Shown here one piece after another: positions 20,880-30,418 of a stretch of DNA of 64,000 nucleotides; position 1 is the stretch's first letter; each line of letters starts with the position of its first letter. Made by a program: the position numbers and the translations under genes. Source of the stretch: a virus; the IMG/VR virus record IMGVR_UViG_3300023199_000021, positions 66,846-130,845 of that record. One strand, given 5' to 3'. Under the pieces are notes generated by a model. That model did not search any database and was not told the DNA's origin. It saw only the letters and a program-made list of their open reading frames with translations.

Positions 20880-21281
20880 CTAGTCAGCAGGTTTACCTTT
20901 ATACTTGAACCAGCCGCCGTTGGGCAAAAACCCACTATGCTTGCTGGCGTATTCTTCTTCGTCAGCACGCTGTTCTTTTTGTGCATCTGATAGATGGTCC
21001 CATCGTGTTTTAGGATAGACCATAGCTCCGTCTTCTGTAGAACTATATACCAACTTGGCACCACAGTTCTTGAAGTCTTGACAAACTACTTCCATCCACT
21101 TACTTTTCTTTGCTGCTGCCCGAACGACGAACTTCACGTCTTTGTTTTCACACTTACCGCAGCACCCAACAGCGAACACTTCTTGGATACGTGCGATCTG
21201 TTTGAACAGTTCAGGTTCAGTATCAGCAGACACATCAAACCAAAGGCTGTCGGTAGCCTTAATTCTTGCTGTTACGGCCAT
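20880..21281 (-). CDS. Conserved hypothetical Zn-binding phage protein
   Basis: CGKC...CQDFKNC, C-terminal LPNGGW. Confidence 0.65.
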   Translation of the reverse strand: MAVTARIKATDSLWFDVSADTEPELFKQIARIQEVFAVGCCGKCENKDVKFVVRAAAKKSKWMEVVCQDFKNCGAKLVYSSTEDGAMVYPKTRWDHLSDAQKEQRADEEEYASKHSGFLPNGGWFKYKGKPAD

Positions 21282-22012
21282 TAACCTTTACCTCCAAATT
21301 CTTCTTCCCAATTGTCGTTATATCTAGCCATATCATCAGGTGTACCTTCACGCTGATAGCCAGATAGTTTGTTGATCATCAAGCGACCTTCCAAGTTCTT
21401 AACGTCACGGATGGTTTTCGGATCGTCCGAATTTTGCTTGACAAACTTAATAAGATCAACATCGTTTCTCTTACACATAGCCTTGATAGCTACGATTTGT
21501 TGGTCATTGATTGGTGAGTCTGTGTTGATTTTTTCATCATCAGCATTACCAGCCAATTCTTCGTGTGTTTGAACACGAATCTTCATCGCCCTACGAAGGG
21601 CCTTACCTTCTGCTTTCGTACAAGCACTAGCTACAAGGTGCTTATTGAACGGAGCAGGAAGGTTCTCTCCCAAAACATCAATACAAGCAGTTACTCGAAT
21701 CAATGCTTCGCTGCCATACTTAGCAATCACCAAAGTATGTTTTGCAGTAACTTTTCCTACGTAGGCTTTAGCAGGAATCTCTAGAATCTCTGTATCTGAT
21801 TCCAGAATCTCTCCATAAACCTTTTCACAGACACGCCGTAAACCGTCTGTAGTTGGGGCACCTTCAATTAGCTCGTGATCCGCAAGCTGGTCAACTACAT
21901 AGTCAACCCATTTGGGATCAGTTACCGCTGGTCGTTGTGGTCCGTCGTTCATAGATGTAGGTGCATCTTCCACGACTTCATCGACCATGTTTTCTAGTTG
22001 TGTATCTGTCAT
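21281..22012 (-). CDS. Possible single-strand annealing protein (Rad52/Sak-like)
   Basis: A.A.TKAEGKALRRA..I helix and EEL motif; C-terminal INDQQI helical domain. Confidence 0.45.
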   Translation of the reverse strand: MTDTQLENMVDEVVEDAPTSMNDGPQRPAVTDPKWVDYVVDQLADHELIEGAPTTDGLRRVCEKVYGEILESDTEILEIPAKAYVGKVTAKHTLVIAKYGSEALIRVTACIDVLGENLPAPFNKHLVASACTKAEGKALRRAMKIRVQTHEELAGNADDEKINTDSPINDQQIVAIKAMCKRNDVDLIKFVKQNSDDPKTIRDVKNLEGRLMINKLSGYQREGTPDDMARYNDNWEEEFGGKG

Positions 22013-22797
22013 ACCTCGAAATACCTCTTGTTCTTACTGGGAAACTTATCCTCGATCTGGTGAATAATTTCTATCACCTTCTCTTTAATCTCACGTATGT
22101 ACCGCTGAGATTCCCTCTTAGTCAATTTTACTCTGACAAGTACCATACCAGCAGATAAAATTAAACCATTTTTCTGAGAATCTGCGGCCTGTCTTTTCCT
22201 TAGCTTTTCCTCCCCATAAACAGGTTCAAAGTGCGTAGGCCCGTCAACTTCAATAGCTAAACGGCAGTCCCTCACATAAAGGTCAATATGGAACTTTTCG
22301 TTCTGTAGAATATGCTCTTTATGTTTGTCTACTCTATATCCCTTCTTGGTGAGGTAATCGTACAGGTATCGCTCCACCTTAGAGCCGTGTCTGGACGCCT
22401 GCTGGATCGCCTCGCTGGACCTTTTAAAGAATTCTGATCGCTCATACGCTGTTTTTTTATTCCATGCCTCTATGCCGATCTGAGAGCGATACTCCCTTTC
22501 TTCTTCGTCCATATTATCCCAGACCTTACCTTGACTCTCACTGATCTTGATTCTGGTCTGTTCTGACTGTGTTTTCCCCTTGGTAGGGTGTTCGTGACGC
22601 CCTTCCGAAATAGCCACTTTTTGAGCCGCAGATTTATCTCTAGATTCTAGACCTAGTCTGGTAGCATCCCTGCGTACCTTGTTAGCATAAGTTCCCAATT
22701 CTTTGGCGATCTTCGCCCAACTTAGCTTCTGCTTATTGTATAGCTCTCTGTATTTGGCTAATCTTTTTTCATCACTTAACTCGAAGAATTTTGACAT
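22009..22797 (-). CDS. HTH/NUMOD3 plus Vsr/DUF559-like endonuclease
   Basis: KGKTQSEQTRIKISES (NUMOD3-like); IDLY..AIEVDGPTH; start MSKFFE. Confidence 0.7.
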   Translation of the reverse strand: MSKFFELSDEKRLAKYRELYNKQKLSWAKIAKELGTYANKVRRDATRLGLESRDKSAAQKVAISEGRHEHPTKGKTQSEQTRIKISESQGKVWDNMDEEEREYRSQIGIEAWNKKTAYERSEFFKRSSEAIQQASRHGSKVERYLYDYLTKKGYRVDKHKEHILQNEKFHIDLYVRDCRLAIEVDGPTHFEPVYGEEKLRKRQAADSQKNGLILSAGMVLVRVKLTKRESQRYIREIKEKVIEIIHQIEDKFPSKNKRYFEV

Positions 22798-23237
22798 AAT
22801 GCTGCCCTTACTTGCTCTGCATCCCAATTGTAAATAATACTATGCGGTTCTTGAAACATCTTAGCAAGTAGATTCCAATGGGAAGTACTTCTCGCTATCA
22901 GTTTAACATCGTTATTGTAGAAAATCTTCTTCAATTGTTGTGAACCAAATTGTTGTAAGTTGACCCACTCTGGACACCAAACATAATAGTATTTGTCTCG
23001 TGCTGTCAAGCAGTTGGCTACAATCTGAGCATTAAGCATTGAAGTAGCGATCAAGACCCCTGAATGCTTTAGGGCCTCGACTTGCTGCAAGATAGCAAAG
23101 TTATGATTCATCGGCAAGGACTGGACGCTGTTGGTAAATAGATAGCAGTCTTCGTCCTGAGCCAGTTTGTTTAGTTCTCGAAAGAGAATATAGTTCTGTG
23201 GATTGTTCACCACGTTGTCTGCTACTACGCCTATCAT
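22776..23237 (-). CDS. Glycosyltransferase-like fragment / hypothetical
   Basis: KYYYVW..EW and LIARS motifs; lies in the GT cluster. Confidence 0.45.
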   Translation of the reverse strand: MIGVVADNVVNNPQNYILFRELNKLAQDEDCYLFTNSVQSLPMNHNFAILQQVEALKHSGVLIATSMLNAQIVANCLTARDKYYYVWCPEWVNLQQFGSQQLKKIFYNNDVKLIARSTSHWNLLAKMFQEPHSIIYNWDAEQVRAALCQNSSS

Positions 23238-24013
23238 ACTCCCAGTTCCTTAATGATTTGTTTTGCTAGTTCAACATAGGTTTTACCTTCTGATTGCTTT
23301 CTCAATTCGGGCAACCACTCAGGCTCTCCTTCCAATATTTGATCACAAAGAGATACTACTTCTTCGTATTGATCAAACATCCAAGGCTTCTCTTTCTTCC
23401 TATCAAACAACAAGGGAACCTTGCCGTTCAAGACCGTACCGTGAAACCATTCGTCGTCCATCATGATCACAGCCTTTGCTGACTGAATGATGTTCTTATA
23501 TTCTTCCGGCTGGGGTCTTCCTAAGTAGTATGGAATAGGAATTCTATTTGTTCCGTAAATTTTAAAGTGGTACTTGTTACCAATAGCGGATAACCACTTC
23601 AACATTTCCTTGTTCTTACCGTCCAGTCTATTGCTGAAAAGAACAAAGTCGCATTTGTACTGGGCAACTTCTTCTCCACCGTCTAGGGCGACAGGGTTAG
23701 ACAGATAGGGAACATACTTGGGTGACTTGGGATTGCTCAGACTATAGATCGCATCAAACCCCTCTGTTACTTCATCCCCTTCTGTAAACAGAACAAACTT
23801 GATATCGGGGAATTCGTGCTTGGCATATTTGATATGGTCATCTTGAGTATCACCATCGTTCAAGAAGATGATATCTGGCTTCTTATCCTCGATCAAGTCG
23901 AACAGTGATACCTGACCCTTATGCCAAAAGAAAGAGTCTGGGATTATTGTTTCGATTCCTTGGGCCACCCCAACTATCTTTGGGTGTTCTGTGGCACTAA
24001 AATAAGCTTTCAT
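23234..24013 (-). CDS. GT-B-like protein
   Basis: KPDIIF, FKIYG, YLG..EEY..IIQSAK. Confidence 0.5.
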   Translation of the reverse strand: MKAYFSATEHPKIVGVAQGIETIIPDSFFWHKGQVSLFDLIEDKKPDIIFLNDGDTQDDHIKYAKHEFPDIKFVLFTEGDEVTEGFDAIYSLSNPKSPKYVPYLSNPVALDGGEEVAQYKCDFVLFSNRLDGKNKEMLKWLSAIGNKYHFKIYGTNRIPIPYYLGRPQPEEYKNIIQSAKAVIMMDDEWFHGTVLNGKVPLLFDRKKEKPWMFDQYEEVVSLCDQILEGEPEWLPELRKQSEGKTYVELAKQIIKELGV

Positions 24014-24714
24014 ATTACTTCTGATACCCTTTCTAGGTCTTTGGAACTATCAATGTCAATTACTCTGGCTTTTGAATGGGAACAGCAGTTAAATGTTCCT
24101 CCTGCCGCAACTACCTCGTTTAAGACTTCAAATCCAAACATATTGTAGTTACTTGGATTCCAACAGGTTTCTTTGAATAGTTGAAGCTCTTTGTCTTTCA
24201 AGAACACCATCTGTCCCCACTTGTTCGGTAGGTCGTACATCATGTGTTCTAGGTATTGTTTGTTATTTATTGTGCATCCGACTTCTGATTTCGACATAAT
24301 ATCTTTGCCAACAAATATGGAAGACTTATTCAGGTTCATTTGATCTATGCAAAAATCATTGAATACCAAGTCTCCATAAACAATGAGTACGTCGTGTTGT
24401 GAGGCTCGTAGCCCCAAACCCATTGACCGAGCCACGTTTGTATTCTCATAGTTTTCGTTTTCTATTTTGATGATATTGCTCGGCGTTGAGTTCATTAGCT
24501 GTATTGCTTGGAAACCACAAACCAAGATGATATTGGCGTTAGGTAGAAACTTCTTGAAAACTTTAAGCTGTTGGTCTAGAATGGTCTTGGTTCCCTTTAC
24601 CCTGACCAAAGGCTTAGGTCCATAAGATTTCATACGCTTGCCTAATCCGGCAGCGGGAATGATAATGTCGATAGCAGTAGGCTCATTGATAGCCTTGATA
24701 TGTCTTACACTCAT
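24010..24714 (-). CDS. Sugar/choline-phosphate nucleotidyltransferase (LicC/NTP_transf-like)
   Basis: IIPAAGLGKRMKSYGPKPL, YENTN, YGDLVF, DIDS..DL. Confidence 0.85.
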   Translation of the reverse strand: MSVRHIKAINEPTAIDIIIPAAGLGKRMKSYGPKPLVRVKGTKTILDQQLKVFKKFLPNANIILVCGFQAIQLMNSTPSNIIKIENENYENTNVARSMGLGLRASQHDVLIVYGDLVFNDFCIDQMNLNKSSIFVGKDIMSKSEVGCTINNKQYLEHMMYDLPNKWGQMVFLKDKELQLFKETCWNPSNYNMFGFEVLNEVVAAGGTFNCCSHSKARVIDIDSSKDLERVSEVI

Positions 24715-25082
24715 TCTTGTAACACTACTATTGGATCGGCAATATGCTCGAAATAGTATCCTTTACTGCCTAGTTGTTGCATAAGGTTGGCTTTGGCATT
24801 CGGCACGTCTTGTGCTACTAGCCCCGGTATTTTTCTCAGAAAGAAAGGACAGTCTGCTAGGTCGGTTCCGTTTAGAAAATCGACCAGTTCCATATCTCCT
24901 GTTTTTACAACGAAGTCTGTGTAAACGAATCCTATCTTCGGATCATCAAAACAAGGCAAAATCATTTCTTCTATCGCCCCCTCAGATACCGAAGTGTTCT
25001 TGTCCATCAGAGCAACGATAGTGTTGTCTGGAACTTCGTTTAACTTGTTGATATCGTCTATGATTACGAAAGGCTTGGACAT
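24711..25082 (-). CDS. Degenerate GT-A (GT2-like) domain protein
   Basis: FDDPKIGFVYTD, HIADP. Confidence 0.45.
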   Translation of the reverse strand: MSKPFVIIDDINKLNEVPDNTIVALMDKNTSVSEGAIEEMILPCFDDPKIGFVYTDFVVKTGDMELVDFLNGTDLADCPFFLRKIPGLVAQDVPNAKANLMQQLGSKGYYFEHIADPIVVLQE

Positions 25083-25924
25083 ATATCTTTTACCTCACAC
25101 ATAAATTTTTCTGCGTCTTCTTCAAATTGTTCAATCTTAGATTCTAGATGAACCCCAAAGCTGTTACCACCATGTTTCTTATGAGCAACACGGTTTACGA
25201 TCATACCGCTTAGATCATCAACGGGCTTAACGAAACCTACCTGCATCATCTTGATTAGGATTGCGTCGTTAAATTCCTTGCTGAAATTTTCTGGTACATC
25301 AAAGCCTGCTCGGAATACTACGTAGAAGGGATACAGGCTTGACTTAGTGTTATCAAAAACCAAGTCGATCAAGTCGCGATCACTCAGGTCTTCGTCGTAC
25401 ACGTTTTTAAGACTGAACTTGTGGAATTCGAAATTCTTCAACAAATCTAAAAGCACACTAGGCTTAAGATACTTTGTTGGAGCATCGTCTTTCTTGTCGG
25501 TCTGTTCTCTTACATAGAATGGATACTGCTTATTGACTACAGTTACCAAGTTCGGCTTGATTGCCTGTTCGTGAAGCTGTCGCAATATCTTCTTGAGGCT
25601 TTGGAATGTAGTGTCTTCTTCCACAAAAACCATAGCCTGATAAGGTACTTTGGTTTGTAGATGAACCAGACTCTCCCAAGTATCTCTTGGGTACTTTCCC
25701 ATGACTTCAAGGTTTCGGTAAAACATACAGAATCGACCGTTGATCAAATAGAATTCTACGTCTTTGTCATCAAAGACTTCTAGAACTTCTACGCCAGCAT
25801 TCTTGTAGTCGTCAATTTTGCCAAGCTTGCAGCCTGTTTGTGTCTTGCCAGTTTCATCAAACTGGGCAAAAACACAATGCCTGCATGTGGTGTGTACCTG
25901 ACTTACCTTTATGTCTTCTTTCAT
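25064..25924 (-). CDS. Hypothetical protein (N-terminal Cys motif, GT2-like C-terminus)
   Basis: TTCRHCVFA..QTGC..FC; HKKHGGN. Confidence 0.55.
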   Translation of the reverse strand: MKEDIKVSQVHTTCRHCVFAQFDETGKTQTGCKLGKIDDYKNAGVEVLEVFDDKDVEFYLINGRFCMFYRNLEVMGKYPRDTWESLVHLQTKVPYQAMVFVEEDTTFQSLKKILRQLHEQAIKPNLVTVVNKQYPFYVREQTDKKDDAPTKYLKPSVLLDLLKNFEFHKFSLKNVYDEDLSDRDLIDLVFDNTKSSLYPFYVVFRAGFDVPENFSKEFNDAILIKMMQVGFVKPVDDLSGMIVNRVAHKKHGGNSFGVHLESKIEQFEEDAEKFMCEVKDICPSLS

Positions 25925-26316
25925 TGTCTTACTGCCTCAACTAAATAGCGACCTTGATCTAGTCCTACAAAACGAATGTCCCACTTCTTCTCCAAAAAGT
26001 ATTGCTTTAAAGTAGCAACAGAGTGTAGGTTATTCACATGCTTGAAGAACTGTTCTGCCGCCATACCCAAGGGCATCTGCCCATAGAATACCTTGCGACA
26101 CATATCGAGTCCGTCAACTCCGTTGAGAACGACCTTGCCACCCTTTCTTACTTTACTGCAAATCTTATCTAGTAAGTCTTTATCCTGAGCGGTTTCCAGT
26201 ACGTCCAAGACTTTGATTTCCAAGAAGAATCCATCTGGAGCATTCATCAGGTCTTCTTGCAGAAAATCATTTTCTTGTTGCTTACTTGGAACCAGTCTGA
26301 TGTTTTTGCTTATCAT
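25921..26316 (-). CDS. Degenerate SAM-methyltransferase-like protein
   Basis: DVLE...SKVRKGGKVVL..YLVEAVR; ATGA overlap with upstream stop. Confidence 0.4.
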   Translation of the reverse strand: MISKNIRLVPSKQQENDFLQEDLMNAPDGFFLEIKVLDVLETAQDKDLLDKICSKVRKGGKVVLNGVDGLDMCRKVFYGQMPLGMAAEQFFKHVNNLHSVATLKQYFLEKKWDIRFVGLDQGRYLVEAVRQ

Positions 26317-27251
26317 GCTATTCCTCTTAGATATGTATTGTTGGTTACGTGTCTTAGAACAGATTCCCAACTGTTCTTGAATTCTTCTACGTTTGTTCTA
26401 TTCGCATACTTCTTTGCGTTTTCGACAATCTTGTTTAGTTGTGGAAATCCCATTATTTCATCAACAAATGTAGGCTGTCCTACGATGTTTAGGTCTTGAA
26501 TGATAACGCAGGATTGCTCTTTGATTATCTCTGCAAAGTCATGGTCGCTCATGGTGATGACCGGGATACCCGAAGCCATGCAGTCGATCATCATCGGTGT
26601 GACATTCTTCCACAGATGCAGGTATATCTTAGCTTCTGTAGGGTCGGTCGTAAACTTGTCAGGACTTGCTACGAAAGGTAGTGAGTCAATATACTCTTGA
26701 GGCAACGTCGTATCAATCAAGATTTTACTTGCTGCTTCTTTTGATTCAATTTCGATTGGAGGAACAGCGATAGGTAGACTAAGACTTTGATATGGAGACT
26801 GCCAAGAGTCTGCTACAATTTCAGTGATACCTACCGAAGCATTTCCATTTCTTTGAAATAGTTGTGGGGGGTTGTTGACCACGACAGTTGCGAAGAACGG
26901 AAGCGGAACGTGGTTGATTGAACAGGTAATGTCTACAACAATGATCGGCAGGTGCCAAACATTAGACAGTGATTTCGCTCTCTCCCATAATCCGGCTCTA
27001 TTGAAAACGATGATGGTATCCAGTTGAGACAGGCAATGGTCTTGTAGCCTGTTTGCTATATGGATATTGTTGAACCCTTTTGGACTATTCCACTGGGGAA
27101 CACCATACATATCGTTGGCGATATAGAAGTCGTGGTCGAGACATTCTAGCCTTCTGATGTAGTCGTCATAGTGTTCATTCAAAACTAAAATAGAAAGCCG
27201 ATCTTCCGGCTTCCTAATAGCGGTTTGAACGATATTGTTTATTGTGTACAT
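26313..27251 (-). CDS. GT-B glycosyltransferase-like protein
   Basis: MIDCMASGIPVIT, ENAKKY..F..SW. Confidence 0.65.
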   Translation of the reverse strand: MYTINNIVQTAIRKPEDRLSILVLNEHYDDYIRRLECLDHDFYIANDMYGVPQWNSPKGFNNIHIANRLQDHCLSQLDTIIVFNRAGLWERAKSLSNVWHLPIIVVDITCSINHVPLPFFATVVVNNPPQLFQRNGNASVGITEIVADSWQSPYQSLSLPIAVPPIEIESKEAASKILIDTTLPQEYIDSLPFVASPDKFTTDPTEAKIYLHLWKNVTPMMIDCMASGIPVITMSDHDFAEIIKEQSCVIIQDLNIVGQPTFVDEIMGFPQLNKIVENAKKYANRTNVEEFKNSWESVLRHVTNNTYLRGIA

Positions 27252-28315
27252 AGTAAATCAACGATCCTTTTGTTTGGAATTTTAAACAAGCTTGATTTCA
27301 ATTTCATTACTTGTTGTGACGCTTTCTCAAGCACTTCTTCGTCTGCGTTGTAGATAGCCCGCATATTTGCTCTGATACTATTCATGCTTGGCATTTCCCA
27401 AGAGAACTCTCCAGAATACAATTCCCTAATTGGTCTTTGAGGGTAGATCGAAATGTCGTTATGAGTTTTGATTGTAAAAGGATAGTCCTTGATGATTCCA
27501 CAAACGTCTGTCATCATGGGTAGGCTGTTGTAAGCTATAGCCTTTAGCATGTTCTGATTTGTTCGTGAGTTGTATGACGCATCAATGTAACAGTCACAAT
27601 AGTCATGAACATAGTTCAGGATCGGCAGATTTGTATTATTGATAATCGCAATATGCGGATAGTGCTGTTCGTCAAAGAACTTACCTAGTCCTGACTTGAT
27701 TACCTTGATTTCTTCTTCTAGCTTTTGTGCGTCAGATGAACAAACCACCAACATCACGTTGTCTAGAATCGTGAAGGCAGATAGGTAGGACGCAACCACT
27801 TCTCTTAGTCCAGACTTGATATCAAGCGAGCCGATAGTGTAAAACTTGAACCTATTGAATTTTAGGTTCAGGTCTTCAACTTCATTTGAAAAATACAGTG
27901 GAGCAAAGTCGAAGTGAAATACTTCTGTAGTCACACCAGAATCTTTGAGTAGTTGTGCTTCATGTTCTGAGAACACTACCACAGTATCGAACAGATTAAG
28001 GTGAGTGACCCAGTCAGTATTGTCCACTCTACAATCCACACTAGTAACCGCGATATTCTTCTTAAAGTTTCCATTGTAATTCAGATAATTGGGGAGGCCA
28101 TGTTGAATAATAACGTCAGGACTGTCTACTTTTTTGAACTCGTATTCTTCCAGTTGTCCTATATCCGTTAATTTTTGTTGATTATTAAACCAAACCGGAC
28201 GCATGACAAGATCGGGTAACTGTTCCTTTTGTGCTGCCAATAAATTGGCAAAGGCACGACTGGTATATCCCCACTCGTCTTGTTGTCTATACGGTCCTAC
28301 ATACAAAACACTCAT
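27239..28315 (-). CDS. GT4-like glycosyltransferase
   Basis: VLYVGPYR..WG, FYTIG, CDCYI. Confidence 0.7.
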   Translation of the reverse strand: MSVLYVGPYRQQDEWGYTSRAFANLLAAQKEQLPDLVMRPVWFNNQQKLTDIGQLEEYEFKKVDSPDVIIQHGLPNYLNYNGNFKKNIAVTSVDCRVDNTDWVTHLNLFDTVVVFSEHEAQLLKDSGVTTEVFHFDFAPLYFSNEVEDLNLKFNRFKFYTIGSLDIKSGLREVVASYLSAFTILDNVMLVVCSSDAQKLEEEIKVIKSGLGKFFDEQHYPHIAIINNTNLPILNYVHDYCDCYIDASYNSRTNQNMLKAIAYNSLPMMTDVCGIIKDYPFTIKTHNDISIYPQRPIRELYSGEFSWEMPSMNSIRANMRAIYNADEEVLEKASQQVMKLKSSLFKIPNKRIVDLLCTQ

Positions 28316-29964
28316 TATTTCTTCACTCTCCTGTGTGCTTCCATGATAAATTGTTGAGGGTCAGAATTAGCCTGCCCTGTTCTTAGAGCATCAAAAAGGA
28401 ATCTACGTTCAGCGATTGCCATGTTCTCTTTGAACACGCTTTCTTGGGTACATTGATCTAATTTACCCTGTCCAAAGGATGCACCAAAGTTTAAATCTCT
28501 CAGGGTTGAAAGCATTTTGTAGCTGAAAGCGTGGGTTTGGTCTTGAAGTAAGTGAGTACATATCCACTCACAAAACTGGTGATTATTCAAATCTTGTGGC
28601 GGTTCTTGAGGCAGAGGACGCATTAATAGTGAAGCATCCCACTGACCCTCCAAACCTTTCGGTTCTACTTTATCTAGATATCGCTCCCAAGCTTTAGCGG
28701 CATTGTCCCAAGTATATCTTTCAACACAAGCTTTCCTTGTTTCCAATCTTTGCTTCTTTCGTTGTGCCTCGCTTTGCTTCGCACAGGTCAAAAGGACATT
28801 GGCTAGTTCATCGTTGTTTGCTTTACATCTGTCAGCATTTGTTTCTAGCTCTCTTTCAAGAGCAGTACTAATGGGATATCCTTTGACAAATCTAACTACG
28901 TCTTCCATAGCACTATAGTCGATAGCTGCCACAGGAACACCACAAGCAGCGGCTTCCACTTGAGGCATACCGAAACCTTCACAGATTGCGTACTGAACAT
29001 ACAGGTCCATCAGGTTGTAGATATTGATCAATTCAGCATGTTCAATACCATTGGATACGCCGGGAAGTGTGGCTGTGTGCCTACTACAGTGGTTGCATAT
29101 GGTAATAGCGTCTCTGTAGTGTGAGCAGAAGTACTTCTTACATGATCTACATACATAGGTTGTAATGGCCTTGGAGCCCAAGCCGTATTCGTGAAGTAGA
29201 GAAGTGATATCCCAACCGTGTTTCTCTGGATGGCTGGTATGCAGATACAGGAAAGACTTTCTAGCAATATCCTGTGGGGCGTTTTCAATGAACTGCTTGA
29301 ACCCCTTCATTAACTCAGGAAACATTTTTCGCTTTTGGTTACGCATAACAGTTCCTACAATGAAACTATCAGCCGGTAATCCGAAGCGTTCTTTATGCTT
29401 ACCCTTGTTAGGAATGATGTTAAACAAAGAAGGATCAATAGCTGGAGACGCACAATCTACAGGCTTGACCCTTCCATTTGTTTGTTCATCTAATACTCTG
29501 ATACCATATTCTGAATAGGCCAATAGTCCGTCACAACGGTCGAACATGTAGAGCCATTCTGGTTTCTGCGGCTGACTGTCAACCGTAGGCATCCAGACCC
29601 AGTGAAAGAATGGGAGAAAAGGACTGTCGGCAATGTAAGCGTCCATCCAAGGGTCACGATATGCCATAACAATATCTGGTTTGAAGTCCAGACAGGCATA
29701 TTCAAATCTAGCTATACCCCATTGTACTTGTGGCATCTGAGTATGCTGTTGTGCATATTCTTCTTCATTGTCCATTGGGGCAACACCATATGTTAGCCAC
29801 TCGGTATTTTGAAAAGCATCCGGTGGACTATAGCAAGCGAACTGTGCTATTTCATACTTGTTGGTTGCGTGTAGTCGCTTTAGAATCTCTTTTGCATACG
29901 TACCGAATCCAGAAGCTAGTTTATGTGACTCGGTAACGAACAGTATTCTCTTTTTTCTAGGCAT
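28315..29964 (-). CDS. GT4 glycosyltransferase with Zn-ribbon insert
   Basis: RNQKRK, EGFGMPQVEAAACGVP, CRSC/CNHC. Confidence 0.85.
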   Translation of the reverse strand: MPRKKRILFVTESHKLASGFGTYAKEILKRLHATNKYEIAQFACYSPPDAFQNTEWLTYGVAPMDNEEEYAQQHTQMPQVQWGIARFEYACLDFKPDIVMAYRDPWMDAYIADSPFLPFFHWVWMPTVDSQPQKPEWLYMFDRCDGLLAYSEYGIRVLDEQTNGRVKPVDCASPAIDPSLFNIIPNKGKHKERFGLPADSFIVGTVMRNQKRKMFPELMKGFKQFIENAPQDIARKSFLYLHTSHPEKHGWDITSLLHEYGLGSKAITTYVCRSCKKYFCSHYRDAITICNHCSRHTATLPGVSNGIEHAELINIYNLMDLYVQYAICEGFGMPQVEAAACGVPVAAIDYSAMEDVVRFVKGYPISTALERELETNADRCKANNDELANVLLTCAKQSEAQRKKQRLETRKACVERYTWDNAAKAWERYLDKVEPKGLEGQWDASLLMRPLPQEPPQDLNNHQFCEWICTHLLQDQTHAFSYKMLSTLRDLNFGASFGQGKLDQCTQESVFKENMAIAERRFLFDALRTGQANSDPQQFIMEAHRRVKK

Positions 29965-30406
29965 TTGCGTTGGCTTCTCTTAATCTAGCGATTAGCTTAT
30001 AGAACTTGTTCTTCACCGCCGAAGGAGTTTCATTGACAATTTCGCATATCTCTCTGAACTTGTAACCTTGACACCTTAGTTCGATAAGGCGTCGTTCTTC
30101 ATCTGTCATATCACTAGTGTAATACTCCCAGATGCTTTCAGAGTGTTTGGTTAGTGGCGGCAATACGTCATTAAGCGAAACTGATTTTCTGTGATTTTTG
30201 ATTTCTCGAATGATAGACCATCGTATCGGTTGCCAAGCATAAGTAGATAGAAGATGGCCGTGTTTCTTGTTGTATTTTTGCAAAGCCTTCCATAAACCTA
30301 TTCTTCCTGCATCCATCAAATCCTGACGTTCTGTATGATTACGTGGTCCGAATTGATTGACTATTGAGGCAACTAGCCCCATGTTTTGTTCAATTAGTTC
30401 GTCCAT
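29957..30406 (-). CDS. Small sigma-70 family RNA polymerase sigma factor
   Basis: NMGLV..., DLMDAGRIGLWKA..Y, STYA...IR (region 2); C-terminal HTH GYKFREI (region 4). Confidence 0.85.
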   Translation of the reverse strand: MDELIEQNMGLVASIVNQFGPRNHTERQDLMDAGRIGLWKALQKYNKKHGHLLSTYAWQPIRWSIIREIKNHRKSVSLNDVLPPLTKHSESIWEYYTSDMTDEERRLIELRCQGYKFREICEIVNETPSAVKNKFYKLIARLREANANA

Positions 30407-30418
30407 TGTACACCCTTA

